Of a stretch of DNA of 64,000 nucleotides, positions 1 to 12,909 are shown in pieces. Below the pieces are notes generated by a model. The model made no database searches and was not told the origin of the DNA. It was given only the letters and a program-made list of their open reading frames with translations. The stretch spans positions 110,484,001 to 110,548,000 of the forward strand of contig OZ024742.1 in the NCBI GenBank assembly GCA_964016885.1. The letters run 5' to 3'. Within the stretch, counting starts at the first letter, position 1; every line of letters begins with the position of its first letter. The stretch comes from Eledone cirrhosa. Taxonomy: Eukaryota. A program made the translations under genes and the position numbers.

Positions 1-1668
1 AATTCTAACTGGCTGATAGATATCGACTAGACTTCCCAAGTGCATCACTGTGGACGTGGAGCAACCACACTGGGTCTTCTAGATCGTATTTAGATATATT
101 TTTAATTAGACAGAATGATAAGGAAACATTAAGCTGTCCACAAATGCATATGGTTGCCTATTCAGAACACAAATTAGTCACCTGCGTAGTCAACCTTGAT
201 AGAACACATAGACAGGGACCCGGATACTGGAAGCTAAACATGTTGCTCCCGGCGCGTAAGACCTACAGTAAACGGATTAGCACCTTAGTTAAGTGCCAGT
301 TGACGGGAGCGATCGTCAACAACAGGTGGTGGAGCTCTCTAAAGAGAGCAATTAGAATAGAATCAATAGCATTTAGCAAGGAAGTAGCTTTAGAAAAAAA
401 CAAAACTGAAAAGGAACTGGTAGCTAAAATAGAAGAGGCACTTAGGAATGGCAGTACAGCTGATGTGCTAGCGGCGAGAACGGCACTAGACCAGTTCTTC
501 AACGTGAAACACGAAGGTTGTATCGTCAGAAGTAGAACACGTGCTCTAAGAAACGAGGGAGCCAAAGATGTTAGCTGGGCCCGAGTGGCAGAGGCGAAAA
601 GTGGCAACAAATCCACAATTCGGTCTTTGGAAGACAAAGATGGACGCATTATACTTGAATCCAAGCAGATGTGCGCGGCCTTCTAGCAGCATTTTGCACA
701 ACTGTTCGGGCAAAGCGGTACATCGAGCGACTCTACAGCACGTACCGCGACTCTACAGCACGGATGCGGAGAGCTGCGAAAAGCTGATCACAGCGGGAGA
801 AATAGAAGATGCCCTAGGCCGCTGCGGGCAACGCAAATTACCCGGTTTAGATGGTCTACCCTATGAGTTTTACATAGGCATGCCGGACTTGTTCTCTGGC
901 GTCCTCGAAGCGGTCTACTGCAACTCAGAACAGGAGGATTCCCAGTTTTGTAGGCAGAGGCGTAGTAACGCTGATCAGGAAAGATGAGAACAAGGGGGAT
1001 GAGATAAGCAATTTCAGGCCCATAACTCTGCTCAACACAGAGTTAAATATTTTGGCCAAGGTGTTAGCAGCAAGGCTGGCGCTTGTCGTCGAGAACCTGG
1101 TAGGGGAAGCCCAAACGTGTGCAATCCCGACCAGGTCCATACACGATAACCTCCATCATAGAGAGATACATCATAGAGAGGGTAGGGTATAAACCTGGCT
1201 TTGGTGGGGCTCTGATCAATTTAGATCAGTCTAAGGCATTTGATAGGGTCGACCATTAATACTTGGAAGCAGTTCTCAAGGCGGCCGGCTTCGGTCCCAT
1301 CTTCAGAGGCTGGATCGCTGCAATGCACACCACCATCTGCTCGGCAGTCAAGGTGAATGGCTAGCTATCAGAGCCATTCCAAATCATGCGTTCCATCCGC
1401 CAGGGATGCCCTCTCTACTCCATTCTGTATGTACAGACTCTCGAGCCGTTACTGCTGAAATTGGAGCTGTTGCAGGGCATTCCGATCAAACCAGGACTTC
1501 GGAAAGCAGCGTCAGCCCATGCCGACGACATAACCGTAATGGTGTCGAAAACCTCCGAAATCAGGGTAATCGGCAACCTATTACAGGAATACGAAACGTT
1601 GACAGGAGCAAGACTAAACCCAAACAAGTCTGTCGGTTTGCAACACGGCACATGGAGAGGCAAACCCA
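1..1668 (+). mobile_element. L1/Tx1-clade LINE ORF2 fragment (APE tail + RT), decayed
   Basis: SEHKLV, GPGYWKLN, PGLDGLPYEFY, NFRPITLLN, LDQSKAFDRVDH, RQGCPL and SAHADD motifs spread over frameshifted/stopped frames. Confidence 0.9.
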
Positions 1669-2372
1669 TGATTTCCGAGGTTTTCGACACCATTACGGTT
1701 ATGTCGTGGGCATAGGCCGACGCTGCTTTCCGCAGTCCTGGTTCGATCGGGATGCCCTGCAACAGCTCCAATTTCCGCAGTAAATGCTCGAGTGTCAGTA
1801 CATACAGAATGGAGTAGAGATGGCATCCCTGACGGATGGAACGCATGATTTGGAATGACACTGATAGGTAGCCATTCACCTTGACTGCCGAGCAGATGGT
1901 GGTGTGCATTGCAGCGATCCAGCCTCTGAAGACGTGACCAAAGCCAGCCGCCTTGAGAACTGCTTCCAAGTATTGATGGTCGACCCTATCAAATGCCTTA
2001 GACTGATCTAAATTGATCAGAACCCCCACCGAAGCCAGGTTTACACCCCTACCCTCTCTATGATGTATCGCATGAGGTGGAGGTTGTCGTGTATGGACCT
2101 GGTCGGGATTGCACACGTTTCGGTTTCCCTTACCAGGCTCTCAACGACAAGCGCCAGCCTTGCTGCTAACACCTTGGCCAAAATCTTTAACTCTATGTTG
2201 AGCAGAATTATGGGCCTGAAATTGCTCATCTCATCTTTCCTGATCAGCGTTACTACGCCTCTGCCTACAGAACTGGGAATCCTTCCATTCTCCTGCCAGT
2301 TGCAGTAGACCGCTTCGAGGACGCCAGAAAACAAGTCTGGCATGCCTATGTAAAACTCATAGGGTAGACCAT
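1669..2372 (-). mobile_element. Second Tx1-type RT fragment, inverted relative to 851-1563
   Basis: Reverse complement aligns with 851-1563 (with substitutions and indels); minus ORFs carry LDQSKAFDRVDH, RQGC, NFRPIILLN. Confidence 0.9.
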
Positions 2373-2600
2373 GATAAGCAGATAGATAGATAGATAGATA
2401 AGAAGATCAATAGACCGACAGTGAGATATAGATAAGATAGATAAATAGTTAGACAGATAGATACACAAATACAAAGATAGCTAGATAGACAGATAGCTAG
2501 CTAGACATAGAAAGAAAGATAAACGTATAGATAGATAAATAGGAAAATAGATAGGCTGATAGAAAGATAACTAGACAAATAGGCGGACAGGTAAATATAT
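2373..2600. repeat. Degenerate (GATA)n tract
   Basis: gatagatagata and variants. Confidence 0.8.
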
Positions 2601-2796
2601 TGATGCTCTTATTTTCTGTAAGTAGATAGATACATAGCCACTAATGTGTTACTGACCAACTATGTGCGTGAGAGAAAAGTAGAGAAAATTTGATATTAGC
2701 ACTTCATAGACAAGTCTAACACACCAGCCCGCTTTGTTGCGATCTAAGGCACATACACTTACAGCTTTTTACAGACAAACAGACCAGAACACCCAG

Positions 2797-2929
<133 letters not shown>

Positions 2930-3271
2930 ATCAAATATCTAAGATATCATTGACATGCGTTTTTCCCAGAATTATATTTTTTCTGTTTCTTCCTCTTTTC
3001 GCTCTCCACTATCTTTCTATTTATTCTTTTATTTCTAATTATATCTTCTAGCGCCCGAAATGTTAGGACTCTTTTCCTACTATATCAAGCATTAAACTAA
3101 TATATATATCTTCATATCGTACTGTATTGCTTGGTGTGTTGTTTTCTCTTTACTATTCGAATAATTTAAAACATTCTCAATTTCAACTACTTATTTATTT
3201 ACATAAAACACAAAATCAACTTCCCTCGTAACTCATATTAAGAACAACCACCTAAAACTTGAACTACCTAT

Positions 3272-3314
<43 letters not shown>

Positions 3315-3812
3315 TCTACTTAAAACACAAAATCAACTTCCTCGTAACTCATATTATAAACAACTAATAATTGCAAATTATCCTTTTAATAAAAATACAT
3401 ATGCTATTATTAAAATATATATAGATATTTATATATTTAACCCACTACAATATAATAAGATAAATACTAACAAACATAATTTTCCATATAAATATATACA
3501 CAATATAAATAAATGTTCGAATATATTTCCCCCAAATTAAAGTTATAAGTGGTCTTCCTTTTCCTTTTCCTTCTTTTTATTTTTCCTTTTCTTTTTTTTC
3601 TTCTTTCTTTCTCTCTTATTATTATATATCTGAACTTTCCATAGCGTTTAAAATAACGGTTTTCAATCATATAACTCAACCTTATTTACATATTCATTTG
3701 AATATTCATCCATAAGTTTGAAATATCCGTCCTTTAATCTCAGTACCCAAAAAAATTCAACTGATAAGGTATGATTTCCTTGGCTATGTCAAAATTTATA
3801 AAAGACTCTTTG

Positions 3813-3875
3813 TATTTTATCTGATGAAAGCGTACCAAAGTTTTTTGGTACCCTTGAAATATATATAATAGAATA
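3813..3875 (+). ncRNA. Type I hammerhead ribozyme, canonical core
   Basis: TATTTTAT-CTGATGA-AAG.GTACCAAA gttt TTTGGTAC.CTT-GAA-ATATATAT-A-ATAGAATA; 8-bp stem I, palindromic stem III. Confidence 0.8.
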
Positions 3876-4009
3876 AATATGGTTTTATAAATATAATTTC
3901 CATTTATTTAATCTCATTGAATATGTACTCCAGAAACCTGTCGAGTGCTCTGAATCAGTTATAAACATTTATATTTGTTGTATTTCCAAAAAATTAAATA
4001 TCCCTTCTA

Positions 4010-4066
<57 letters not shown>

Positions 4067-4171
4067 CACCAGAGTTATTTCTTTCATCATCCGCTCTCAT
4101 TTGGGAATGGTTTTGTATGGCGTCAGTTTGTGATTTGAACTCGCGAACTATATATTCTCCGAAGGAGAAGA

Positions 4172-4253
4172 GCCTTCTGAAGATTGCTCCCTTCTCAATG
4201 GAAATCCGCTTGGATTTTCCGTTTATTCTGGAGCATGGAACCGCGATAAAGGC
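4172..4253 (+). ncRNA. Hammerhead motif, decayed copy (GAAA>GGAA)
   Basis: GCCTT-CTGAAGA-long stem II-GGAA-CCGCGA-TA-AAGGC; paralogue of 4652-4733. Confidence 0.6.
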
Positions 4254-4651
4254 ACATATAGTTAGTACAGCGAATTTTTTAAAATTTATTTTAAAACCTT
4301 TTCTCTATTTGCTGGACCTTGATTTTATATGTTCTGGCTTGTTAATTTATTAACCCGCCATAGAACCACATTGGCATACGGTTGGATAATACTTGTTTCC
4401 TTATATGTATTTTTTACACGTAGGAATTCATACTTTATTATTATTGATCGCCCCCTAAGGTAGAGATAACATTTTGGCCGTTTAGACTGCTGCTATTTCT
4501 AGTGGCCGGACATTGACCTGTCCACCTTGCCTTTTGTCTTTGCACACGGCACTAGACAGAGTTATTTCTTTCATCATCCGCTCTCATTTGGGAATGGTTT
4601 TGTATGGCGTCAGTTTGAACTCGGGAATTTTATATTCTCCGAGGGAGAAGA

Positions 4652-4733
4652 GCCTTCTGAAGATTGCTCCCTTCTCAATGGAAATCCGCTTGGATTTTCC
4701 GTTTATTCTGGAGCATGAAACCGCAGTAAAGGC
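4652..4733 (+). ncRNA. Type I hammerhead ribozyme with extended stem II
   Basis: GCCTT-CTGAAGA-tTGCTCC...GGAGCAt-GAA-ACcgcaGT-A-AAGGC. Confidence 0.8.
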
Positions 4734-4866
4734 ACATATAGTAAGTACAGCGAATTTTTTAAAAATTGATTTTAAAACTTTTTCTCTATTTGCTAGACCT
4801 TGATTTTATATATATATATATATATATTATAAAGAGCCGGGACCGACCCATCCCATTATAGTATAA

Positions 4867-4915
<49 letters not shown>

Positions 4916-5019
4916 GATGGATTCAGTTTGAAACTGGTTAGACCATTATTCAACAGAGTACACGATACTTCGAGTAGTAGCAAATGGTTATATTATAATG
5001 GTGGGTCGGTGCCGACTCT

Positions 5020-5097
<78 letters not shown>

Positions 5098-5188
5098 GTA
5101 ATTTCGTCGGAAAGGTACAGGAAAAAAGAGTGCTCGATGTAGGTTACAGGGCTTATTAGTTATGTAATGAACAACATAAGATAATTAT

Positions 5189-5246
5189 TTCATTTACCAG
5201 TGGTTTCTTGAAAGCAGATATATCTGTTTACAGTCGTCAGAATGAA
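5189..5246 (-). ncRNA. Hammerhead ribozyme in putative PLE1 3' UTR
   Basis: Minus strand TTCATT-CTGACGA-stem II-GAA-ACCAcTGGT-A-AATGAA. Confidence 0.75.
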
Positions 5247-5331
5247 TAAAACATGGTGTTTTTGTTAAATATAAGAAATATGAAAGTGAGGCCGAGGAAA
5301 CAACGGGCGAAGAAGAAGAAAGGAAAAAAAG

Positions 5332-5365
<34 letters not shown>

Positions 5366-6388
5366 TATAAAATAAATAAACAAACAAACATACACACACT
5401 CAACAACGCGCATATACTTAAAAAGTACGTAGACATAAGCTGTCACAAAAGCGTATATGTATCAACCGACATGGACAAAATACATACACATACATATACA
5501 TGTAGTAATAAGAATAAATAAATGAATAAGAACAAAAAATACTCAAAGTCAAAAATAAAATAAAATAAAATAGACAGAGGATGCGCGTTGACAACGATAA
5601 GAGAGAGGTGTGTGTGTGTGTGTGAGGGGGGGGGGGGATAAAAACAAATAAAAATAAACAAATACACGAAGTGTGCAGTTAGATAAAAATACAGATACAC
5701 AAAATATATATATATACATGTATACACACATAAATGCATACACACGCACACACAACCAAAAAAGCACATGCATAAACACAAACACTCATATACACGTATA
5801 AAAACACATACACAAATGTAAGTGTATATACATACACACACACACACACATATATATATATACACAAACATATAAATTATAAAATAAACATACATACACA
5901 TCCACATCCTCATCCACAAGCGTGCAAAAATACATATACACATACACACGCATACACACGTATGAAAATAAGCATACAACCAAATGTACTAACGCACGCA
6001 TAAACCCTACAAAAAGAGAAAAGGACATACGTACAAACGTAACCACATGCGTGCGCGCACTCGTACGTAAAGAACACACGCAGACAATACCATACGTAGG
6101 ACTATACAGACAAAAAACAAAGGCCTATGTACAACCGCATACACACAACTATAAACGTAAACACATACATAGAACCATATATAAGTATAATATAAACATA
6201 AATAAACTCACACACATAAATAAAAATACATACAAGCACATACACACACGCACACACACACACATATATATATATATATACACACACATATATACAAATA
6301 CATACGCACGCATATATATATATATACATACATATATATATATATATATACAGATATATATATATACATATTTACATATATACATACA

Positions 6389-6514
<126 letters not shown>

Positions 6515-6612
6515 CATACACACACAAATAGATACGTACACATACATACAAATACGTATAAATACATATACATACACACACACACACATATATATATCTA
6601 TATATCTATATA

Positions 6613-6660
<48 letters not shown>

Positions 6661-7174
6661 AACATATATATATACATACATATACATACACACTCATACA
6701 CACATACACACAAACACACACACATGTACAAAAGTATATTCAAAATACTATAAATATAAGTACACATGAGTCTGTCTGCGAATGCGCCCGCACACATCCC
6801 TATGTGAGAACATAAAAACCTAGTGGGTAAGTGAGGACAAGAGGGAGTCAAATTTAAATAATAAACACAATTATTAAGAATAGGTAAGGGAAAAATGTTG
6901 TAAAAGGTATGCGATGAGATCTAGATAAAAGTATCTGGTTAAAGAGTGAACTGAGTAAAGGATAAAGGTGGTGGGTGTGTATGTGTAAAGGGTAAGATAG
7001 AAAGTAGGGGGAATATAAGTCAACTGAAAAACATTTTTATAATAGGAAAAAAATATATATATAAGGAGATATAGAAGGAGATGAGGGAGAAAAAGTATAT
7101 ATGGGTAAGAAATGTGAGTTCAGAGAGTAATAATATTCGTAGTGAGTGGAAGGCGTAATGAGTAAAGAAGAAGC

Positions 7175-7969
7175 TCAAGGTGGTTGAGTCATCGTAGGAA
7201 TATCAATCCAGTTAAAAAGTAGATGCGATTTCAGATCTGGACAACATCTGAAGATATTGGTCTTGGAGTTGAGGCAAGTGGAAGGGGCTTTCAAATTTTG
7301 GAGAATTCTAAATTTTTCCGTGGTGCACAAAGAACATTTCTTTGTTCCCCTTTGGTATTCTCTTGAATGGTCTAAAATAGACCAATCAGTAATGTACGGA
7401 ATGTTTTTGTCTTTGAATTCCCACACTTTATTTGCAAGGGCCGTTGCTGTTCTTTTTTCAGGGTGTTTAAAAGAAACGAGATGTGCATAATATCTGGTTT
7501 TGAATCTGTCCTGAGTCATGCCAACATATCGTTCACTCCTGGCTGGCTGGTTATTAATCAACGGTGTCAATTTGGCCTCATATACAATGGATTTGGTATT
7601 ATATTTACCCTGTAATGGGAATTCTTCCGGCTTCCTGCAACTGTATCCTGGATTTACTCTCGTACGATTAGAGTTGGTAATTTTAGTCTTCATTGATGCA
7701 CAGCAAGAGTAACTGATTTTGACTACATTTCTATTAAATATCTTATTATATCTATGATTAGGGGTAAAATGTTTATCTAGGAGGTCGAGGAATTTCCTTC
7801 CAACATTAGTTTTGACAGTTAGAAAGAAGGGGGGGGGGGAACCAAATAATTTTTCTTTTCCTGTTATTGTGTTTAGTGTTAGAGGGAGGAGTAGGTAAAT
7901 ATTTAATATGTTCTGCGAAGCGGCTGTTAATGAGGGCCTTATTATAATAAGGTGGGCTTTGTTAAACAT
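7175..7969 (-). pseudogene. PLE linker + GIY-YIG endonuclease, frameshifted from upstream thumb
   Basis: IVY..YVG, RFKTRYYAH, C-x2-C motifs; linker Cys residues mutated. Confidence 0.85.
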
Positions 7970-8292
7970 GTCTAGAGACGAAGATAAGGTAGAAATCCTA
8001 CGGCTAATGTTAGGAATAGGATTTTTAAAGACTATAGGGGGATGGCAAGACTCTTTGTGTATATACCACCAACGGCCATAACCTTGATAAATTCCGTAAA
8101 GATTTAATCAATACCTTTGCTAACCTAAACCTTAAAATTAATAAATACTAACTTTCTTGATATTAATCTTGATCTACTTACTGCCTGTTTTAAACCTTAT
8201 CATAAACCTAACGAGAATCTAAGATATATACACAAAGAGTATATATCTTAGTAAGGAACCTGTTATTTGTTTTTATTTCATTGTTTTTATTA

Positions 8293-8337
<45 letters not shown>

Positions 8338-8343
<6 letters not shown>

Positions 8344-8384
8344 AAATAAACATGTTTTAACGGTCTGTTCTGTATTTTACTTCT

Positions 8385-8477
<93 letters not shown>

Positions 8478-9185
8478 AAAGTATTGAAATTTGCTTGAAG
8501 CATTGTGGAACAATAAGTAAATATCTTTAAGTCGTTTGGAAGCCTCGACAATGCAAATGGGTAAATCTCCGGGTAACGTGGTCCGGTGGTGGAGAGAGAG
8601 AGATGTAAGTGGGTGTACGTTGAGATGCGTGGTGTATATAAGATGTGTGAGATGTGTAGAATGAAGGGAAGAGTATAAAGGATACAATAAAAATAACAAC
8701 ACAAGAGAGAGTTACCTTGGGAGAGATTTAATAGTCCCTATATATTTCGGATTCACATCCATCAACTGGGGGTTTTTTCCGGGGTGGGGGAAAAGGTTGT
8801 CTGTCGGACAAGTGCGGAACGCGTCCTTCGCTGTTTGTTGTTTTGAATATCTGATATATTTGATATTCAAAACAACAAACAGCGAAGGACGCGTTCCGCA
8901 CTTGTCCCACAGACAACCCTTTTCCCCCACCCCGGAAAAAAACCCCAGTTGATGGATGTGAATCCGAAATATATAGGGACTATTAAATCTCTCCCAAGCT
9001 AACTCTCTCTTGTGTTGTTATTTTTATTTTATCCTTTATACTCTTCCCTTCATTCTACACATCTCACACATCTTATACACACCACGCATCTCAACGTACA
9101 CCCACTTACATCTCTCTCACCACCACCGGACCTCGTTACCCGGAGATTTACCCATTTGCATTGTCGAGGCTTCCAAACGACTTAA

Positions 9186-9242
<57 letters not shown>

Positions 9243-9295
9243 TGGAGAAGTAAAATACAGGAGGACAGACCGTTAAAACATGTTTATTTAAAATA
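8338..9295. repeat. Long near-perfect palindrome (arms 8338-8851 / 8862-9295, 10-nt loop)
   Basis: ...TTTTGAATATC tgatatattt GATATTCAAAA...; arms differ mainly in their microsatellites. Confidence 0.95.
8943..8978 (+). ncRNA. Hammerhead-like motif with atypical core CAGTTGA (mirror copy 8736-8771, minus strand)
   Basis: CCC-CAGTTGA-tGGAT gtga ATCC-GAA-ATATAT-A-GGG. Confidence 0.4.
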
Positions 9296-12200
9296 GCACC
9301 AACGTACGTTTCGCCCGAATGAGATTCTCAAGGGCATAATAACTAAAAAGCGTTCCTTACATGACCCGGAATGGGTTTTTAGAGATAAGTTCACGTCAGA
9401 GTTCATTCTTCGTAAAAAAACGTTTTGATTTTGCAGTAGGTCAAGGGAGATAACTCTGGACGGTGTTAGGGCAGTCTTTCCATGACAAATTTTGTATCCG
9501 ATACAAGCATGTGGTTACTACCTTACCATTGCCGATACGCACAGGGTCAAGTATGCAACGTTTGTTTCGAAACTTTTGTTTGCTGCGCCTGCTTGCCTGG
9601 GTCGATTCATACCGGGTCTGGGATGCATGGTTAGTTTCTGGATGTTTTTAGCAGCGCCTGCCCGCCGGGGTGTTAAAGACCCGGTTTACGGTTTCACTCC
9701 TCGTTCTTATTCCATCTGAAGTAGGATATTTTTAAGCGGTGTGTACAGCTTATCGTTGTTTTAGCTCTTCTGTTGACGAGCTCGTGGTGTGCCGTTATGA
9801 TGTGGTAGAGCTCCATGAGGCAAAGCTCGCACTTCCTCTTGAAGCTGTACGGTGCAGCCCTGCCGACAATTTTCCACTGCGTTGAAAAGCTGATGTTTAA
9901 GTCTTTTAATGCTGTGATGTATTTCGCGAGCGAATTGGAGTGTCTTAATTTCTTATTTGCGAAAGAGTAGAAATGTGTTCGAAATCTAATTTTGAACGGG
10001 CCAGAGGTAGCCCCTATATAATGTTTAACGCTATTATGGCTAGTTACGGTGCACCTATATATAACCCTATCAGTCAAGCAGTTTCTCCTAAGGGGGCAGC
10101 GTCCCCTGTCTCGGCAGTTGCAATTTCGGTCGCAGTCCCTTCTAGCTCCCACGGTATTTATTGCTATCTACGTTGTTACCTACACTCCCACATCTGTCAT
10201 TAGCACCATTGTAACCCACTATGCGCGGGGTGGTACAATTATTAATCCGCACGCAGTAGCGTCTTCCGTTGCTGCCAGATGACCCGTGCGGGTCACCTGC
10301 ATATTCCCCAGTCATGTCGCGGTTATGTTGATTGCGTCTGTAGAGGTTGTTGCCAACTCTAGTGGATGCTGCTAGGGAGTCGTTAAGACCGATATAGTTG
10401 TTGTCAGGTGCGTCTGTGCTAACGTGCTGTGTCTTGATGATCTTACTGTGATTTGTTGTTCCTATGATGTCTGCTAGGTTAGGAGTAGTAGAGAAGAATA
10501 TTTTTATATTGTTGCTATTAAGGATTTTCCTATACCTATGGTTGGGTGGGAAGTTCTTCTCTAAGGCTTCGAAGAATATCCGGGGTATGTTGGAGGCCAC
10601 ACGCCGAGAGTAGGGGGGATGGAACCATAGGACGTTACGGTGGCGATTACGTGTCTTAGTACGTTTGCTACGGGTAGTGCTATCAGGGTGACCGTTCTTA
10701 TGCATGTTATTGCGCTGTAGCCCGTTACGTGTTCCTTTCGCTTTATGCTCGAGTGCACTCTTCTTCCTTCTGCTATGTTTATGTATAGGAAGATGTTGGT
10801 TGGAAGGCGTTGGTAGTAGGCCGTCGCCTTTGTTGATTTTATAGTAGGAGTATCATTCAAGTAGGCTACAGTGGTCACTGTCACCGGGGTCATGATCTTT
10901 ATTGTGTGGTAAGCTACCTATACTATCGCCAGTGTAATTAACATTGTGGCCGTGTTTCTTAGTGCGATTTTCTATACTATTTCATCCGACTCCTTCGAAG
11001 TCGCCGCGTGATCGGTTATATATATGGCTTACTATAACGTTAGTCTTATGAGAGGGTGGTTTCTGGAGCTAGCATTAGGAGATTCCTCGGTTAAAACCGG
11101 CGCTTATAAAGGCCCTATTGTAGTAATCTGCCGCTTGGTTGAAGATATCCTCATTGGCGGAAAGTCTCGAGATCCTATGCGAGATGCTATAGACAATGGA
11201 GTTGAGAGTCTGCTTAGAGTGGTTGGAGGCATAATTAATATAAGAAAGGCTCTCTCCAGGCTTATGGTATGGCTTGTATAGGCCCGTACTCAACTCCAGA
11301 GTCACGTCCAGGAAGTTGACAACCTGGTGGTTGAGGTCTATAGTTACGGATAGGCCGTATGACCTGAAGAATCTGTGTATGTGCTTGTTAAGGTTCTCTA
11401 TTCTACGAGGGCTATGGTTCCTAACGGTAAACAGGGCGTCGTCCCTATATACACCAGTATCTCGTCCCTAAGCTTATGGAGGAGGTATATTCCGACCAGG
11501 TCGGTTCCTTGCGCCGAGTCGCTGGACCCCATCGTGATATCGAAATTATCAGGACGGTTGGTTCTGGTCCAGTGGGAACCTTCGAGCTGGATAATAGTTC
11601 TACGCGCCACTAGAACTATGTCTATTTCTTTTTTAGTGAGGCTCGTGTTAGATTTAGCTAATATGAGTGCCTTATTTAAGAGTATAGGGGAGATAGAGGC
11701 GTAATAACTATGTCAAACTGGATGAACTTCGAGGACGCTTTATCAGAAAACTCGGTGAACCAATCTATGACCTGGTCGGTGTTGCTCCAGAGGCGGATCT
11801 TAGCCTTTCTATTAAGCTCCAGTAGTACTTTATCGAGGATCACTTTACTAATCTTTCCTATATCAGGTGTAGAGGGACATATTAGTCTAATAGTGGGGTT
11901 TCATTAAAGTTACATTTGAGATCCTTAAGAGAGAATCTAAGCGTCAGAGGGACATAAGAGTTTGTGTACTTATCTATTTCTAAGCTAGTAACTATATCCT
12001 TCCCTACTCTATTTATGTCATTTAAGGTACTAATGGGTGTATTTTTGTAGTCTTTGTGCAGTTCTTTATAGATGAATTGTTTATACTTGCTCGCGTCCAT
12101 CTTGTACAGCTTCTTGGTTTTGTCAGAGTGACGAATAAGTGTGGGTAATTCTTGATCTTGGTGATGAGTGTATCCAGGGATGTTAAGAATGGGTTGCTGC

Positions 12201-12909
12201 ATCGGTGTTTCTTTTTGAACTTAATGTTTCTGATCATTTTCAGCAGGTTCTCCTCAAAGGAGTCTAGCAAAGTGTTGTGCGGTGGGTTTTGGTATGTTTT
12301 GAAGCCATACCTCTCTTTAGATTAAGGAAGGTGATGGGTGTTCTTATCCAGGTGGTAGGCCTTCCATCTAATTCTCCGTATAAACGAGTTAGTAGCATCT
12401 ATGAGTTGTTTGAGGTAGGTTTTTCTGCTGGGTAAGGGGATATACTTGAGAGACATGGGTAACGGCTGATTCTCCATGATGGCAAATAAAGGGAGATGCT
12501 CTACAAAAGATCACGGTAATAGAATATTTACGTATCGAGCGTTAAACATTATATAGGGGCTAACTCTGGCCCGTTCAAAATTAGATTTCGAACACATCAC
12601 TCTTTCGCAAATAAGAAATTAAGACACTCCACTTCTATCGCGAACTACATCACAGCATTAAAAGAATTAAACACCAGCTTCTCCACGCACTGGGAAATTG
12701 TTGGCAGGGCTGCACCGTACAACTTCAAGAGGAAGTGCGATCTTTGCCTCATGGAGCTCTACCACATCATAACGGCACACCACGAGCTCATCAACAGAAG
12801 AGCTAAAACAACGATAAGCTGTACACACCGCTTAAAAATATCCTACTTCAGATGGAATAAGAACGAGGAGTGAAACCGTAAACCGGGTCTTTAACACCCC
12901 GGCGGGCAG
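9240..12909 (-). mobile_element. Penelope-like element 2 (Hydra-clade-like), near full length, decayed, with inverted 3' copy at its 5' end
   Basis: ATG ~12477 (SLKYIPLPS..RRIRWKA..YGFK), FIQFD, FDITMGSSD, GVYRDD, NFLDVTL, LWFHPPYS, CNC-x5-CPL, VIY..YIG, KCELC; 12538-12909 is an inverted copy of 9658-10032. Confidence 0.9.
9296..9336 (-). ncRNA. Hammerhead (U3-A8 core variant) in PLE2 3' UTR
   Basis: Minus GCCC-TTGAGAA-tCTC attc GGGc-GAA-ACGTACGT-T-GGtGC, followed by AATAAA and (TA)n. Confidence 0.65.

Larger units (their letters stand above)
4060..4810 (+). mobile_element. Non-coding HHR-bearing partial tandem repeat (480-bp period), retrozyme/PLE pseudo-LTR-like
   Basis: 4060-4330 repeats as 4543-4810; flanked by (TA)n; homologue at 50921-51268 (-). 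Confidence 0.75.
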
